Translations under genes and position numbers: made by a program
Shown here: in pieces, positions 40,766 through 50,547 of the stretch
How positions within the stretch are numbered: the first letter of the stretch is position 1
Layout of the letters: each line of letters opens with the position of its first letter
The notes under the pieces: model-generated
Database searches by the model: none
Told to the model about the DNA's origin: nothing
What the model saw: only the letters and a program-made list of their open reading frames with translations
Assembly (NCBI GenBank): GCA_965140585.1
Contig: OZ223264.1
Coordinates: forward strand, 448,001 to 512,000
DNA from: Spirochaetia bacterium
GTDB taxonomy: Bacteria > Spirochaetota > Spirochaetia > UBA9216
Direction of reading: 5' to 3'
Length of the DNA: 64,000 bases

Positions 40766-42502
40766 ATGTCGGGAGAACTGGATTTTTATATCAGGATATT
40801 TGAAAACTCACAGGACGGGCTTCTTCTTCTTGACCGGAAAGACTGGCGGATAAAGTTTATAAACCAGCGCTTTCTGGAAATGACGGATCTGGAGCTCAAG
40901 TCTGTTCTCGACGATCAGCAGACTTTCCTCTCCAATTTCAAACTGTTCGGAGGTGAGGGAATTGAGCACACCGCCAGTATTAAATCCAGAAAAGGCGAAG
41001 AGTCAAAATTCAAATATACCTACATATCGCAGGGGAAGAACAATGAACTTCTGCTTCTGCGTCTTGAAGAATTTCAGGAAAAGAAGCTCGCTCCATGGAC
41101 GGGTAATGTATACAAGCATCTTTATTACAATCTCCCCGACCCCGTGGTTTCAATGGATATAAGGGGAAATATAATTACAGCAAACCCGGCATTTACCGAA
41201 CTCCTTGGCTGGAATCTTAAGTCGGTCAAGGGTGCCGATGCTCTGTATACCGATAAGGATGCCTTCAACCTCAGAAAAAGAACCCTGGTGGAATCAAGAA
41301 CTGTTTTAAGTCAGACTGCCAGTCTGAAAGCAAAGGACGGCGCTGAAAAGAAGTTTTTTGAAACGATATGGCCGCATTTTGATGAACATTATGATCTTTC
41401 CGGCTACACTGCACATTTTCAGGATCTTTCAAGAGAAGAACTTCTGAAAGCCCAGCTTGATGCAAGTCAGACAAACTATAACAGGCTCTTTGAATACTTC
41501 GCCTCATCCATCGTTATTGTTGATGAACTTGGGATGATTGTGAATATGAACAGTGCTGCCGAAAGCATGTACGGATACAGCAGGGTCGAGGTTCTCGGTG
41601 AAGATTATGACAAGTATTTCTCCGCCGGTTCGGACAGGCCCGATATTCTTGAGATTATAAACCTTACAAGGGAGAACGGCGGAAGGTATGTCGAGATTGG
41701 TATTCCCCGAAAACGTCAGAACGGCGGACTGCTGTATACCTATGTAACTTACTATATCGTAGATTTGAGCGGAGAAGGCATGTTCGCCCTCTTTGTTCTT
41801 GAAAAGGATCTCACAACTAAAATCAGGCTTGAGAAGCAGCTTACCGACTCACTCTATCAGCTTAAGGAAACTCAGGCTGCTGCCATAATGGGGTTTGCCA
41901 AGCTGACCGAGTACCGTGACCACTGTACCGGCGGACATCTTGAACGTGTCCAGGATTATACGAGGGCACTTGCGGAGTCTTTGAGTGAACATTCTGAATA
42001 TATGGGATATATTACTCCGGAATATATAGACGATCTTTCGCTTTCCTCGGTTCTTCATGATATTGGAAAGGTCGGCATCAAGGATTCTGTTCTGCTGAAG
42101 GCCGGAAAATTCTCTGAAGAAGAATTTGAGATGATGAAATCCCACTCCAAGATGGGCGGTGATGCCTTAAGTGTTATTGCCGATGATGTAGGCCATAAAT
42201 CCTTTCTTACAATAGGTAAGGAAGTCGCCTCGTATCATCATGAAAAATGGGATGGAAGCGGATACCCCGAAGGCCTGAAAGGCACTGAAATCCCGCTTTC
42301 TGCCCGAATTGTCGGACTTGCCGATGTCTATGATGCTCTTAGAAGTGAACGTCCGTATAAAAAACCCTTCTCGCATGAAGAAGCAGTCAAACTTATTACC
42401 GAAGAAAGCGGCCGGCATTTCGATCCCGACATTGTTGAAGCCTTTATCAAGTGCAGGGATGAATTCGCCCAGATAAGCGATCTAAAATCCGATGAGGAGT
42501 AG
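40766..42502 (+). CDS. Multi-PAS HD-GYP phosphodiesterase
   Basis: Three PAS-like repeats; EYRD..TG.H, HDIGK and HHEKWDGSGYP. Confidence 0.92.
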   Translation: MSGELDFYIRIFENSQDGLLLLDRKDWRIKFINQRFLEMTDLELKSVLDDQQTFLSNFKLFGGEGIEHTASIKSRKGEESKFKYTYISQGKNNELLLLRLEEFQEKKLAPWTGNVYKHLYYNLPDPVVSMDIRGNIITANPAFTELLGWNLKSVKGADALYTDKDAFNLRKRTLVESRTVLSQTASLKAKDGAEKKFFETIWPHFDEHYDLSGYTAHFQDLSREELLKAQLDASQTNYNRLFEYFASSIVIVDELGMIVNMNSAAESMYGYSRVEVLGEDYDKYFSAGSDRPDILEIINLTRENGGRYVEIGIPRKRQNGGLLYTYVTYYIVDLSGEGMFALFVLEKDLTTKIRLEKQLTDSLYQLKETQAAAIMGFAKLTEYRDHCTGGHLERVQDYTRALAESLSEHSEYMGYITPEYIDDLSLSSVLHDIGKVGIKDSVLLKAGKFSEEEFEMMKSHSKMGGDALSVIADDVGHKSFLTIGKEVASYHHEKWDGSGYPEGLKGTEIPLSARIVGLADVYDALRSERPYKKPFSHEEAVKLITEESGRHFDPDIVEAFIKCRDEFAQISDLKSDEE

Positions 42503-42548
42503 ATGAAAGCCTCAATTTTCTAAAAACGCAATAGTCCGAATACTATAG

Positions 42549-42577
42549 TTGACAATTACTTAACCTGGATTTATCCT
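42549..42577 (+). promoter_or_regulatory. Sigma70-like promoter, leaderless spacing
   Basis: TTGACA-17-TATCCT-6-ATG. Confidence 0.6.
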
Positions 42578-42583
42578 TGCATA

Positions 42584-43033
42584 ATGGATCTTAAAAGAGT
42601 ACTCACTGAAGAATTAATTACGACAGATTTAAAAGGAAACACCAAAACAGAGATCATAGACTCACTGATAGAATTATTGAGTGTTTCAGGAAAGATATCA
42701 GATAAAGCCAAAGTCCGGGAATGCATATTCGACAGGGAGGCAAAAATGTCGACTGGTATGGAAACCGGCATTGCCATTCCTCATGGAAAGACTGATGCCG
42801 TTGATGAGCTTGTTGCCTGTGTCGGTATCACAAGGGAAGGCGTTGACTTTAAATCGCTTGACGGTCTGCCCAGCAGAATCTTTATAATGACAGTTTCTCC
42901 TGCCCACCGCACCGGACCGCACGTTCAGTTTCTGGCTGAAATAAGCAGGGTTTTAAGAGATGATGAGCACCGGCAGAAGCTGATGAATGCTGAAACCCCT
43001 GCCGATGTTTACAGGATTATCTGCCTTGAATAG
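42584..43033 (+). CDS. Stand-alone PTS EIIA (Fru/Ntr family)
   Basis: RE..MSTG...GIAIPH phospho-His motif. Confidence 0.92.
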   Translation: MDLKRVLTEELITTDLKGNTKTEIIDSLIELLSVSGKISDKAKVRECIFDREAKMSTGMETGIAIPHGKTDAVDELVACVGITREGVDFKSLDGLPSRIFIMTVSPAHRTGPHVQFLAEISRVLRDDEHRQKLMNAETPADVYRIICLE

Positions 43034-43051
43034 GGCCTGAATTATAAGGGC

Positions 43052-44710
43052 TCATTTTAACCGATTGGAAAAGACCAGTCCTTCATAGTCCGACAGGCTT
43101 ATCTCGCTGTTATCCGGAGCTGAACCTGTGGACTGTGTTGAAACACTTTTATTCAAGCCTTCGGCGAGTTCTGCCTTAATCTTTTTTTTCTTTCCGGTAA
43201 AATTTAAAAGCACAAGACATTCCTCATCTTCATACTTCCGCCGGTATCCAAGAACGCCCTTTGAAAGACTGTTCTCCGGCAGCAGTTCAATGTTGCCGAA
43301 ACGCAGCGCCCTGCTGCTGTTTCTGAAATGAAGGAGACGGCTGTAACAGTTGTAGAGTGAGCGGGAATCCTTCTGCTGCATTTCTGCATTAACGGTTTCG
43401 TAATCAGTATTAATCGGCAGCCATGGCACTGCTCCCGGAGCCGCAAAGCCGGCGTTCTGCTCGGAAGTCCATTGCATAGGTGTTCTGCAGTTGTCGCGAT
43501 TCAGAGCGCAGCTGACTTTATGGTCTATAAAGTTAAAAACCGGCCCGGGCAGCCAGCTGAAGCCTCCGGAAACCGGATCAAGTGACTGCTTTCCGGGTAT
43601 TCTTCCGTTTGACATTCCAATCTCTTCTCCGTTGTAGATGAAGGGAATACCCCGTACCGTCAGCTGGAAGAATATGCTCAGTGCTGCTTTTTTTTCATTT
43701 TTCCCGAGTGCGGAGAAGCGTCTTATTCTGTCATGATTTGAAAAGGCCCAGCAAGGGGTTAGAGGATATTCAAAGCAGTCTTCGTATTCCGCTATAAGCT
43801 TCCGAAATGATTCAGCAGTAAAGGGTTCGGATGCGCATTTAAAGGCAAAGGCTGCGTGCAGTCCCCGGTTTCGGCAGAACTCCGCGATGTCATCAGGAGT
43901 TCCGAAGGTTTCCCCGACTAGTATCCTTGGAGGATTCTGAAACTCCTCTGTGACCCTTCTGAGTTCTTTGGTGAATTCAATACTTTCGGGCAGATTGTGC
44001 GTCATTTTTGTGCTTTTAAAAAGCATGCCTTCATGGGTTTCGTCAGGAAAAAGTTTCAGTGACGCCGGGTTGTTTCTGAAATCCGCATCTTCGAAGATGC
44101 TTCCTATTATATCCAGCCTGAAACCGTCGGCTCCGCGTTCAAGCCAGAAGCGCAGTGTTTCCAGCATTTCGTTTTTAACATCGGGGTTCCGGTAGTTCAG
44201 ATCCGGCTGAAAGGGCAGGAATGAAGCCCAGTACCACTGCTTGGTTATCTCTGAATAGTGCCAGCCTGAACCGGAGACCTGGCTCAGCCAGTTGTTCGGC
44301 GGGAGTCTCCCCCTTCCATCCTTCCACACATACCAGTCACGCCGCGGATTGTCCAGGGACGAGGATGATTCTTTAAACCATGGATGTTCGTCGCTTGTAT
44401 GGTTAAGAACCATATCAAGGATTATTTTCATGTCTCTTTTGTGAATCTCTTCAACGAGTCTGAAGTAGTCTTCCATAGTCCCGTATTCAGGGGCTATGCT
44501 GCGGTAGTCGGATATGTCGTAGCCGAAGTCCTTCTGCGGACTCGGAAAGAAGGGTGAACACCAGATTGTTTCAAATCCAGTTTCCTTAATGTAGTCGAGC
44601 CTGCTGATAATACCGCGGATATCTCCGATTCCGTCGTTATTGGAATCGGAGAAGGAGCGGGGGTAAATCTGGTACACATTGGTACCGTACCACCACCTGG
44701 TTTCGGACAT
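43052..44710 (-). CDS. GH13 alpha-glucosidase / oligo-1,6-glucosidase
   Basis: YQIYPRSF.D, NHTSDEH, QPDLN, GFRLD, GE and NHD motifs. Confidence 0.93.
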   Translation of the reverse strand: MSETRWWYGTNVYQIYPRSFSDSNNDGIGDIRGIISRLDYIKETGFETIWCSPFFPSPQKDFGYDISDYRSIAPEYGTMEDYFRLVEEIHKRDMKIILDMVLNHTSDEHPWFKESSSSLDNPRRDWYVWKDGRGRLPPNNWLSQVSGSGWHYSEITKQWYWASFLPFQPDLNYRNPDVKNEMLETLRFWLERGADGFRLDIIGSIFEDADFRNNPASLKLFPDETHEGMLFKSTKMTHNLPESIEFTKELRRVTEEFQNPPRILVGETFGTPDDIAEFCRNRGLHAAFAFKCASEPFTAESFRKLIAEYEDCFEYPLTPCWAFSNHDRIRRFSALGKNEKKAALSIFFQLTVRGIPFIYNGEEIGMSNGRIPGKQSLDPVSGGFSWLPGPVFNFIDHKVSCALNRDNCRTPMQWTSEQNAGFAAPGAVPWLPINTDYETVNAEMQQKDSRSLYNCYSRLLHFRNSSRALRFGNIELLPENSLSKGVLGYRRKYEDEECLVLLNFTGKKKKIKAELAEGLNKSVSTQSTGSAPDNSEISLSDYEGLVFSNRLK

Positions 44711-44713
44711 CTG

Positions 44714-47287
44714 CTATTCCGACTTGGCGTCAAGACGCTCCAGAGCCCAGAGCGTGTATTTACGGACACGTTTGTCCGGGTCATTTTTTAATTCTTCAAG
44801 AATCGGTTTGCCCTCTTTGGTGTTAAGCATTTCAAGGGCCTTGAGCACTTCAACCCGAACATTCTGATCCGGATCCCTTGAAGCGAGAACTATACCCTTA
44901 AATGCTTCCTTTGTTTTTATCAGGCTGAGAACTGCAGCAGCGTCCTTTCTTACGTCGGGATTTCTGTGCAGAAGTTTCTTCATTGTTGTATCAATGTATC
45001 CGGTTTTCAGCAGAATGTCGGCAAGCACACCGTGGAGTGATGTGATGTTTTCTTTAAGTATTGATACAATTTCTGGTTCAATACTGCTTCCCATCAGTTT
45101 AAAGGATTCGGCTATGCGATCCCTGACTTCCGGTGAGGCATCCTTGAAGTATTCAAGCAGAAGCTTGAGAAGTTTACCCGGCTTTTTTACACTGAGAGCC
45201 TGTACGGCTGTATCGGCAAGGTCGGGATCCTTCAGCAGATTTACAAGGATTCCAACCGATTCTTCACGTTCGGAATAGCCAAGCCCTATCACTGCCGCTT
45301 TCTTGACTGGGTCGACCTCATTAGGATCCTTTATGATTTTTTCAAGTTCAGTCAGAGCCGCTGCAGGTCCGGAGGCGGCAATTACCTCTGCCGATTCCAT
45401 TCTGACTCTTTCAACAGGATCCCTCAGCATGGCAGTCATCTGGCCTATAACCTTTGTCTCTCCGAATCCTGCCAGAGCTCTTACCCCGGCTATTCTTACC
45501 TCGGGATCTGAATCTCCGGCTGCATCTTTGATTGTTTTCACAAAACTTGTCATTCCGGTTGCCGGGAGGCTGCTGATAAGCGCTGCCTTTACGGCAGCAT
45601 CGACAGACTCAAGCAGATCAGAAACCCTCTCCTCGAAAACATCCGGAGCGTATTCCGCAAGCAGTGCGGCAAATTCCTGCTGCTGACCCGGAGAGAGTAT
45701 CGTGAGGTTTTCAAGTATTACCTGGAGGCAGCAGGGCATTTTCAGCTCGCCGAGTATTTTAAAGGCTTCCTTCCGGATATTATCTTCGTAACCTCCGCCT
45801 TCGTTGTGAAGAATGGAAATAAGCACTTCCAGATAGGTTGAAACGGCGAAGCGTTCGATTGTGTGCCTGAGAAGATCCGGTTTACAGAAATTACCCTCAG
45901 TAAGAAAGTTTATCAGGGTCGGTATGAAGATATCCTCTCCGCGTTCCGGGAGGGCTTTTAGTAGAATACTCAATCTAACCGGATCATCAGCTGATTTCTT
46001 GAGCTCCTTATCCATCAGTCTAAGTGCGTCATCACTGCCACGAAGTGCTATACATTCCACACCGGAAGCATAGAGTTCAATGAAGGCTTCTTTCGCATTT
46101 GCTTCAAGCGTCGGAGCGAATATTCTTTCGGCAAGGTAGTCAACAAATTTACGGCTGCCGTTCTGCTTCAGCAGATCCGCAGCCAGCATTATCGATGCCG
46201 GGTTCTCTACAGTTCCTATTTTTTCGAGGAAATTAGTACAGTTAACATCACATGCGTTTGCCAGGAGGGTAGATACGCGTTTGTATCCCTCCCTGTCCCC
46301 CAGATCGGCCTTTATAAAAAGCCGGCTCAATGCGTTTTGTCTCTGAAGATAAACTGCGGCCTGGAGCCTGATTTCCATATCATCGGAAATTAAATACTGG
46401 AGCGCAGTATTCTCGTCTTCCTTTGAATCGTCATGAAGCTGTTCGAGTACATGGAAAAGCTGGGTTTTATTAAGGTCTCCGGTATCTATACGGTAGAACT
46501 CCGGATAATCGTTGTCCAGACGCCTTCTTGCGGCAGTTCGTACTATGAAAGACGGGTCATCCTTGAGAAGTTCCAGCAGATGTTTTCCAAGCATCTTTTT
46601 GTCTGCGGTCTTGAATTCTGCGGCAAGGGCGGCACGGATTCTGAAGGCAGGATCCTTGAATGCTTCCCAGCCTGCACGTTCTGCCCTCTTGTCGCTGTAA
46701 TGTATTAGAAGTTTCAGGGCGAAGAATCTGACTTCCCATTCCGGGTCTCCGGTCATCTCAAGAAGGTTCTGAAGCTGGTCAGGAATAAGTGATGCTGCAT
46801 ATTTTCCACTGAAATCGGTTCCTTTTCCTGCAATGGCAATTCTTTTAAGCAGCAGTTCATCGCTGCTGTCAGCTGTTTTTTTTGCGAGGATCTTACCGAA
46901 ACCGGGCTTTGAGGGCCCTGCTTCAAGGCAGTAGAATAAGCCCCTGTCGGGGTAGTATTTCAGCAGTTTTTTAAGATCGGAAATTCTGCGGTTTGTTCTG
47001 AGCCTCTCTTCCCAGAGTATGTCGAGTCCTGTTGATGCAATGAAGTCTCCCTCGTTCTTTTCAGAGGCTCTTTGAATCAGCCGGGCCTTTCTGAGACGTG
47101 CTGCGGGCGGATACTTTTCCAGAAAAGCATTAAGCAGTTCCTCATCGCTGCAGGCCTTATCGCAGGTCTTCAGAAAGCGGAAGTTAAGAAGCAGTTTGAT
47201 AAGAACAAAGATAATGATTGCCGTGACAGCGCTTAATATTAGAATAATTGCCCATAACGGCATTATTAATCCGGGGATTATCTCCAT
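44714..47287 (-). CDS. Membrane-anchored HEAT-repeat protein
   Basis: N-terminal TM; many DP...VR..A..AL repeats. Confidence 0.88.
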   Translation of the reverse strand: MEIIPGLIMPLWAIILILSAVTAIIIFVLIKLLLNFRFLKTCDKACSDEELLNAFLEKYPPAARLRKARLIQRASEKNEGDFIASTGLDILWEERLRTNRRISDLKKLLKYYPDRGLFYCLEAGPSKPGFGKILAKKTADSSDELLLKRIAIAGKGTDFSGKYAASLIPDQLQNLLEMTGDPEWEVRFFALKLLIHYSDKRAERAGWEAFKDPAFRIRAALAAEFKTADKKMLGKHLLELLKDDPSFIVRTAARRRLDNDYPEFYRIDTGDLNKTQLFHVLEQLHDDSKEDENTALQYLISDDMEIRLQAAVYLQRQNALSRLFIKADLGDREGYKRVSTLLANACDVNCTNFLEKIGTVENPASIMLAADLLKQNGSRKFVDYLAERIFAPTLEANAKEAFIELYASGVECIALRGSDDALRLMDKELKKSADDPVRLSILLKALPERGEDIFIPTLINFLTEGNFCKPDLLRHTIERFAVSTYLEVLISILHNEGGGYEDNIRKEAFKILGELKMPCCLQVILENLTILSPGQQQEFAALLAEYAPDVFEERVSDLLESVDAAVKAALISSLPATGMTSFVKTIKDAAGDSDPEVRIAGVRALAGFGETKVIGQMTAMLRDPVERVRMESAEVIAASGPAAALTELEKIIKDPNEVDPVKKAAVIGLGYSEREESVGILVNLLKDPDLADTAVQALSVKKPGKLLKLLLEYFKDASPEVRDRIAESFKLMGSSIEPEIVSILKENITSLHGVLADILLKTGYIDTTMKKLLHRNPDVRKDAAAVLSLIKTKEAFKGIVLASRDPDQNVRVEVLKALEMLNTKEGKPILEELKNDPDKRVRKYTLWALERLDAKSE

Positions 47288-47308
47288 ATGAATATTCCTC
47301 CATAGCCG

Positions 47309-48862
47309 CTAAATCGCGACATTATATATTTCAATCGGTTTAACCTTGCCTTTGACCGTTACAGGAGAACGTTTTTCAAGTTTGAAACGGTCATCAAGCA
47401 GGGCTTTTGTTGATTCAGTAATAATTATTTCATTTGCACCGGCAACACCCTCAAGTCTTGCAGCAAGATTCACTGTGTCACCGATGACTGAATAATCCAT
47501 TCTGCGTGAACTGCCAAGGTTTCCGGCTACAAGGGGGCCGGTATGCATGCCTATACCAATCTTAAGAGATCGTGCCGGCCCTGTAAAGAATTGACGCTGT
47601 TTGGATGCTACAAGTCTCTGTATTGCTACCGCGCACTCCACCGCCTTTACGGCGTCTTCTCTCTCATCTGAAAGAGGCACTCCCCATGCCGCCATAATGC
47701 AGTCGCCTATGAACTTATCAATATATCCTCCGTGCTGAATGACAAGCTCTACGGCTTCACGGAAATATTCGTTCAGAATATCGATAATAACTTCCGGTTC
47801 CTGTCCTTCGGAGAAGGCTGTGTATCCCCTGATGTCGGCAAATAATACGGTTGCGGTCTTTTTGGAGCCGCCGGGATTTACAAGTTCCGGCTGTTCCATG
47901 AGGTGATTGACTATCTCGTGGGAAAGATACCTTGAGAACATATCCTTTATAATCCTGCGTTCTTCGACGGCGATGTTTACTCTGTTTTTCAGTTCTTTTT
48001 CTGCACTCTGATCTTTGAAGATCAGGGTAAGTCCCTCTTTCCGGCCCCTCTTGGTCTGAAGCGGTGTAATATTCAGGGAGTAATCGATGTTTGTCTTTTC
48101 TCCCTTGAATATACCTTCGAGGCCGAGGATTATGCTGCTGTTCTTTTCAGATTCGGAGATTGTATTTATGACTCTGGGAGTAAGTTTCTTTTTGAAGAAG
48201 TCTTTCAGGTCACTCCCGATATGCCCGCTGTTGAGGCCGAGCTTTTCCGCAGCGGCATCGTTGAAATAGTGAATGCTGCCGTTGGGATCGGTTGTGATTA
48301 GGAAGTCTGACATCGATGTAAAGATTCCTTCCTGGTAACGCTCCATGCTTTCAATTACCCTGAACTGTTCCTGCAGCTGGGAGTATAGAATCGAGTTATG
48401 AAGCATCCCTCCGGTAAATTTAGCCGCTGATTCCAGGAAACGGAAACGGTCGCCCCGATAGAAGCCCTCGGTATCCGAGTTCAGAACCAGAAGGCCTATC
48501 CTCTCACCGGGAGCATTCAGCGGAAGGATTATTCCGCTGTTCATTACTTCTGTAAGCAGAACCTCAGCGAAGGGACTTTTTTTACGGCTGTTTAGAACAA
48601 CTGCCTCTCCGCAATCTTCCAGGAAATTAACAAGCTCTGATTTCCGGTTCAGTTTTGCGGGAATCTCGTGCCAGCCCCTTTTGTATACAAGTTCGGGATC
48701 CTTATCAGGCTCCGGATATATGAAGAGCCCCGCAAGTTCGGAGCGGCTGATATCAAGTGTCTGTTCCACAAGTATTGAGAAAAGTGATTTCAGACGGTTC
48801 TCACGAGCCAGTGCAGAACATAGTCTTACTGTTTCATCTAATAGCTGATTTTCTTTTACCAT
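47309..48862 (-). CDS. GAF-PAS class III adenylate cyclase
   Basis: ADIRGYT, DKFIGD, DYSVIGDTVNLAARLE and VKGK; full catalytic set present. Confidence 0.93.
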   Translation of the reverse strand: MVKENQLLDETVRLCSALARENRLKSLFSILVEQTLDISRSELAGLFIYPEPDKDPELVYKRGWHEIPAKLNRKSELVNFLEDCGEAVVLNSRKKSPFAEVLLTEVMNSGIILPLNAPGERIGLLVLNSDTEGFYRGDRFRFLESAAKFTGGMLHNSILYSQLQEQFRVIESMERYQEGIFTSMSDFLITTDPNGSIHYFNDAAAEKLGLNSGHIGSDLKDFFKKKLTPRVINTISESEKNSSIILGLEGIFKGEKTNIDYSLNITPLQTKRGRKEGLTLIFKDQSAEKELKNRVNIAVEERRIIKDMFSRYLSHEIVNHLMEQPELVNPGGSKKTATVLFADIRGYTAFSEGQEPEVIIDILNEYFREAVELVIQHGGYIDKFIGDCIMAAWGVPLSDEREDAVKAVECAVAIQRLVASKQRQFFTGPARSLKIGIGMHTGPLVAGNLGSSRRMDYSVIGDTVNLAARLEGVAGANEIIITESTKALLDDRFKLEKRSPVTVKGKVKPIEIYNVAI

Positions 48863-48919
48863 AATAAATTATTCCGAATGATATCATATAATAAAATTAT
48901 GTGATAGATTTTAAAAATT

Positions 48920-49555
48920 ATGGATGTGAAAAAAAAATACTACTCAACTATGTCAAAAAAACTGCTTTCAGAAATCAGGAAGCGGAATATGGACGCTGAA
49001 TATTACGAAGATTCCGCCTCTGCTCTTAAGGCCGTCATGGCTGATATTCCCGAGGGTTCTGCCGTGAGCTGGGGAGGTTCTGTTTCACTTGCCCAGGCCG
49101 GTTTTCATGATGCACTTAGAAACGGCAATTTTAATCTTCTTGACAGAGACCGGGCGGAAACCCCTGCCGAGGCTGATGAGATTTATCGTAATGCCTTTAA
49201 CTGTGATTATTATTTTATGGGAACCAACGCTATTACCGTTGACGGCAAACTTGTTAATATCGACGGGAGGGGCAACCGCCTTGCTGCGCTGCTTTTCGGG
49301 CCTGCCCATGTGATTATTGTTATCGGAATGAACAAGGTCACCGCCGATGAGAAGGAAGCTCTTTCAAGGGTAAATAATGTTGCTTCACCGCAGAACGCCG
49401 TGAGGCTTGATAAAAATACTCCCTGTGGAAAGACCGGCCGCTGCGGCGACTGTCTTTCAGACGATAGTCTCTGCAGCAATATTGTGATTACCAGACGAAG
49501 CTGGACAGCCGGACGGATTAAGGTGATTCTTATCGGCGAGGATCTGGGGTATTAA
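48920..49555 (+). CDS. LUD/DUF162-family protein
   Basis: GGSVS, NAIT.DG.LVNIDG.GNR and Cys cluster PC...G.C.DC. Confidence 0.85.
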   Translation: MDVKKKYYSTMSKKLLSEIRKRNMDAEYYEDSASALKAVMADIPEGSAVSWGGSVSLAQAGFHDALRNGNFNLLDRDRAETPAEADEIYRNAFNCDYYFMGTNAITVDGKLVNIDGRGNRLAALLFGPAHVIIVIGMNKVTADEKEALSRVNNVASPQNAVRLDKNTPCGKTGRCGDCLSDDSLCSNIVITRRSWTAGRIKVILIGEDLGY

Positions 49556-49581
49556 AAAGAAGCCGGCTGCAAGTTCCGGCT
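49556..49581 (-). terminator. Terminator-like hairpin between convergent genes
   Basis: AGCCGG...CCGGCT followed by TCTTTT on the minus strand. Confidence 0.45.
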
Positions 49582-49593
49582 CCTGTCTGTCTG

Positions 49594-50547
49594 CTACTTA
49601 TCTTCTCTGACGTAGGGATTTCCCAGTGCCTGGGGAGGCCCCGAAAGGCTTTTACGGTTTTCCCAGACTGTTATTATTACAAGTACAACAATCGTTGCTA
49701 TGTATGGAAGCATGTTCAGAAATGTTGCAGGGATGTCAGTTCCCGAGGCCTGAAGCCTGAACTGCACAGCATTGATACCGCCAAAGAGTACCGCTCCCCA
49801 AATGGCCCTTGATGGATTCCACAGTGAGAATATTACCAGTGCAATTACAATCCATCCGCGTCCGCCGGTGATATTTTCAATCCAGCCCGGTGTGTAGGAA
49901 AGGGCCAGATGAGCTCCTCCGACTGCGGACATCATTCCCCCGAAAATTGTATAGATGTACCTTGTCCGCGTGACGTTTATGCCCATCGCGTCCGCCGTTT
50001 CCGGACTTTCGCCTACTGCCCTGAGATTCAACCCATGCCTTGTTTTATACATGAAAAACCATGATACCGGCAGCAGAATAAGCACTATATAGGTCAGAAT
50101 ATCCTGATTGAACAGTACTCCGATAAGGGGGATCTTTGAAAGTCCCGGAATTGAGAGCGCTGTAAATTTGGCGGCAGTCAGGCCTGTAAGGTAATTGCTG
50201 TTTGTCTCCGGGCCCAGTGTCTGTCCGAGAAAACTTGCCATTCCTGTTCCGAACAGGGTTATGCTCAGTCCGCTTACAACCTGCTGAGCCCTCATCGTTA
50301 CCGATAGAAATGCATGAATCAGCGAAAGCAGGGCTCCTACAGCACAGGCTGCAAAAAGAGCTGCAAAAAGATTATGCGTGTAATAGGAAACTGCAAAGGA
50401 GGTTACTGCTCCCATCAGCATGGTTCCTTCAACACCGAGGTTCAGGACTCCTGATTTTTCAGAGTAAATTTCCCCGATCGTTGCATATATTAGCGAGGTT
50501 CCGGCTTTAAGTGTAATAGCCAGTACAGATGCTATTATGGCTATCAT
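49594..50547 (-). CDS. Nucleoside/purine ABC transporter permease
   Basis: EKSGVLNLGVEG, LRAVGE.P..A...G and GRGWI motifs. Confidence 0.92.
   Translation of the reverse strand: MIAIIASVLAITLKAGTSLIYATIGEIYSEKSGVLNLGVEGTMLMGAVTSFAVSYYTHNLFAALFAACAVGALLSLIHAFLSVTMRAQQVVSGLSITLFGTGMASFLGQTLGPETNSNYLTGLTAAKFTALSIPGLSKIPLIGVLFNQDILTYIVLILLPVSWFFMYKTRHGLNLRAVGESPETADAMGINVTRTRYIYTIFGGMMSAVGGAHLALSYTPGWIENITGGRGWIVIALVIFSLWNPSRAIWGAVLFGGINAVQFRLQASGTDIPATFLNMLPYIATIVVLVIITVWENRKSLSGPPQALGNPYVREDK

Noticed and set aside
42520-42542. Sigma28 promoter (TAAA...TCCGAATA) before EIIA
   Set aside because: Spacing is 10 nt rather than 15-16, and a better sigma70 match lies just downstream
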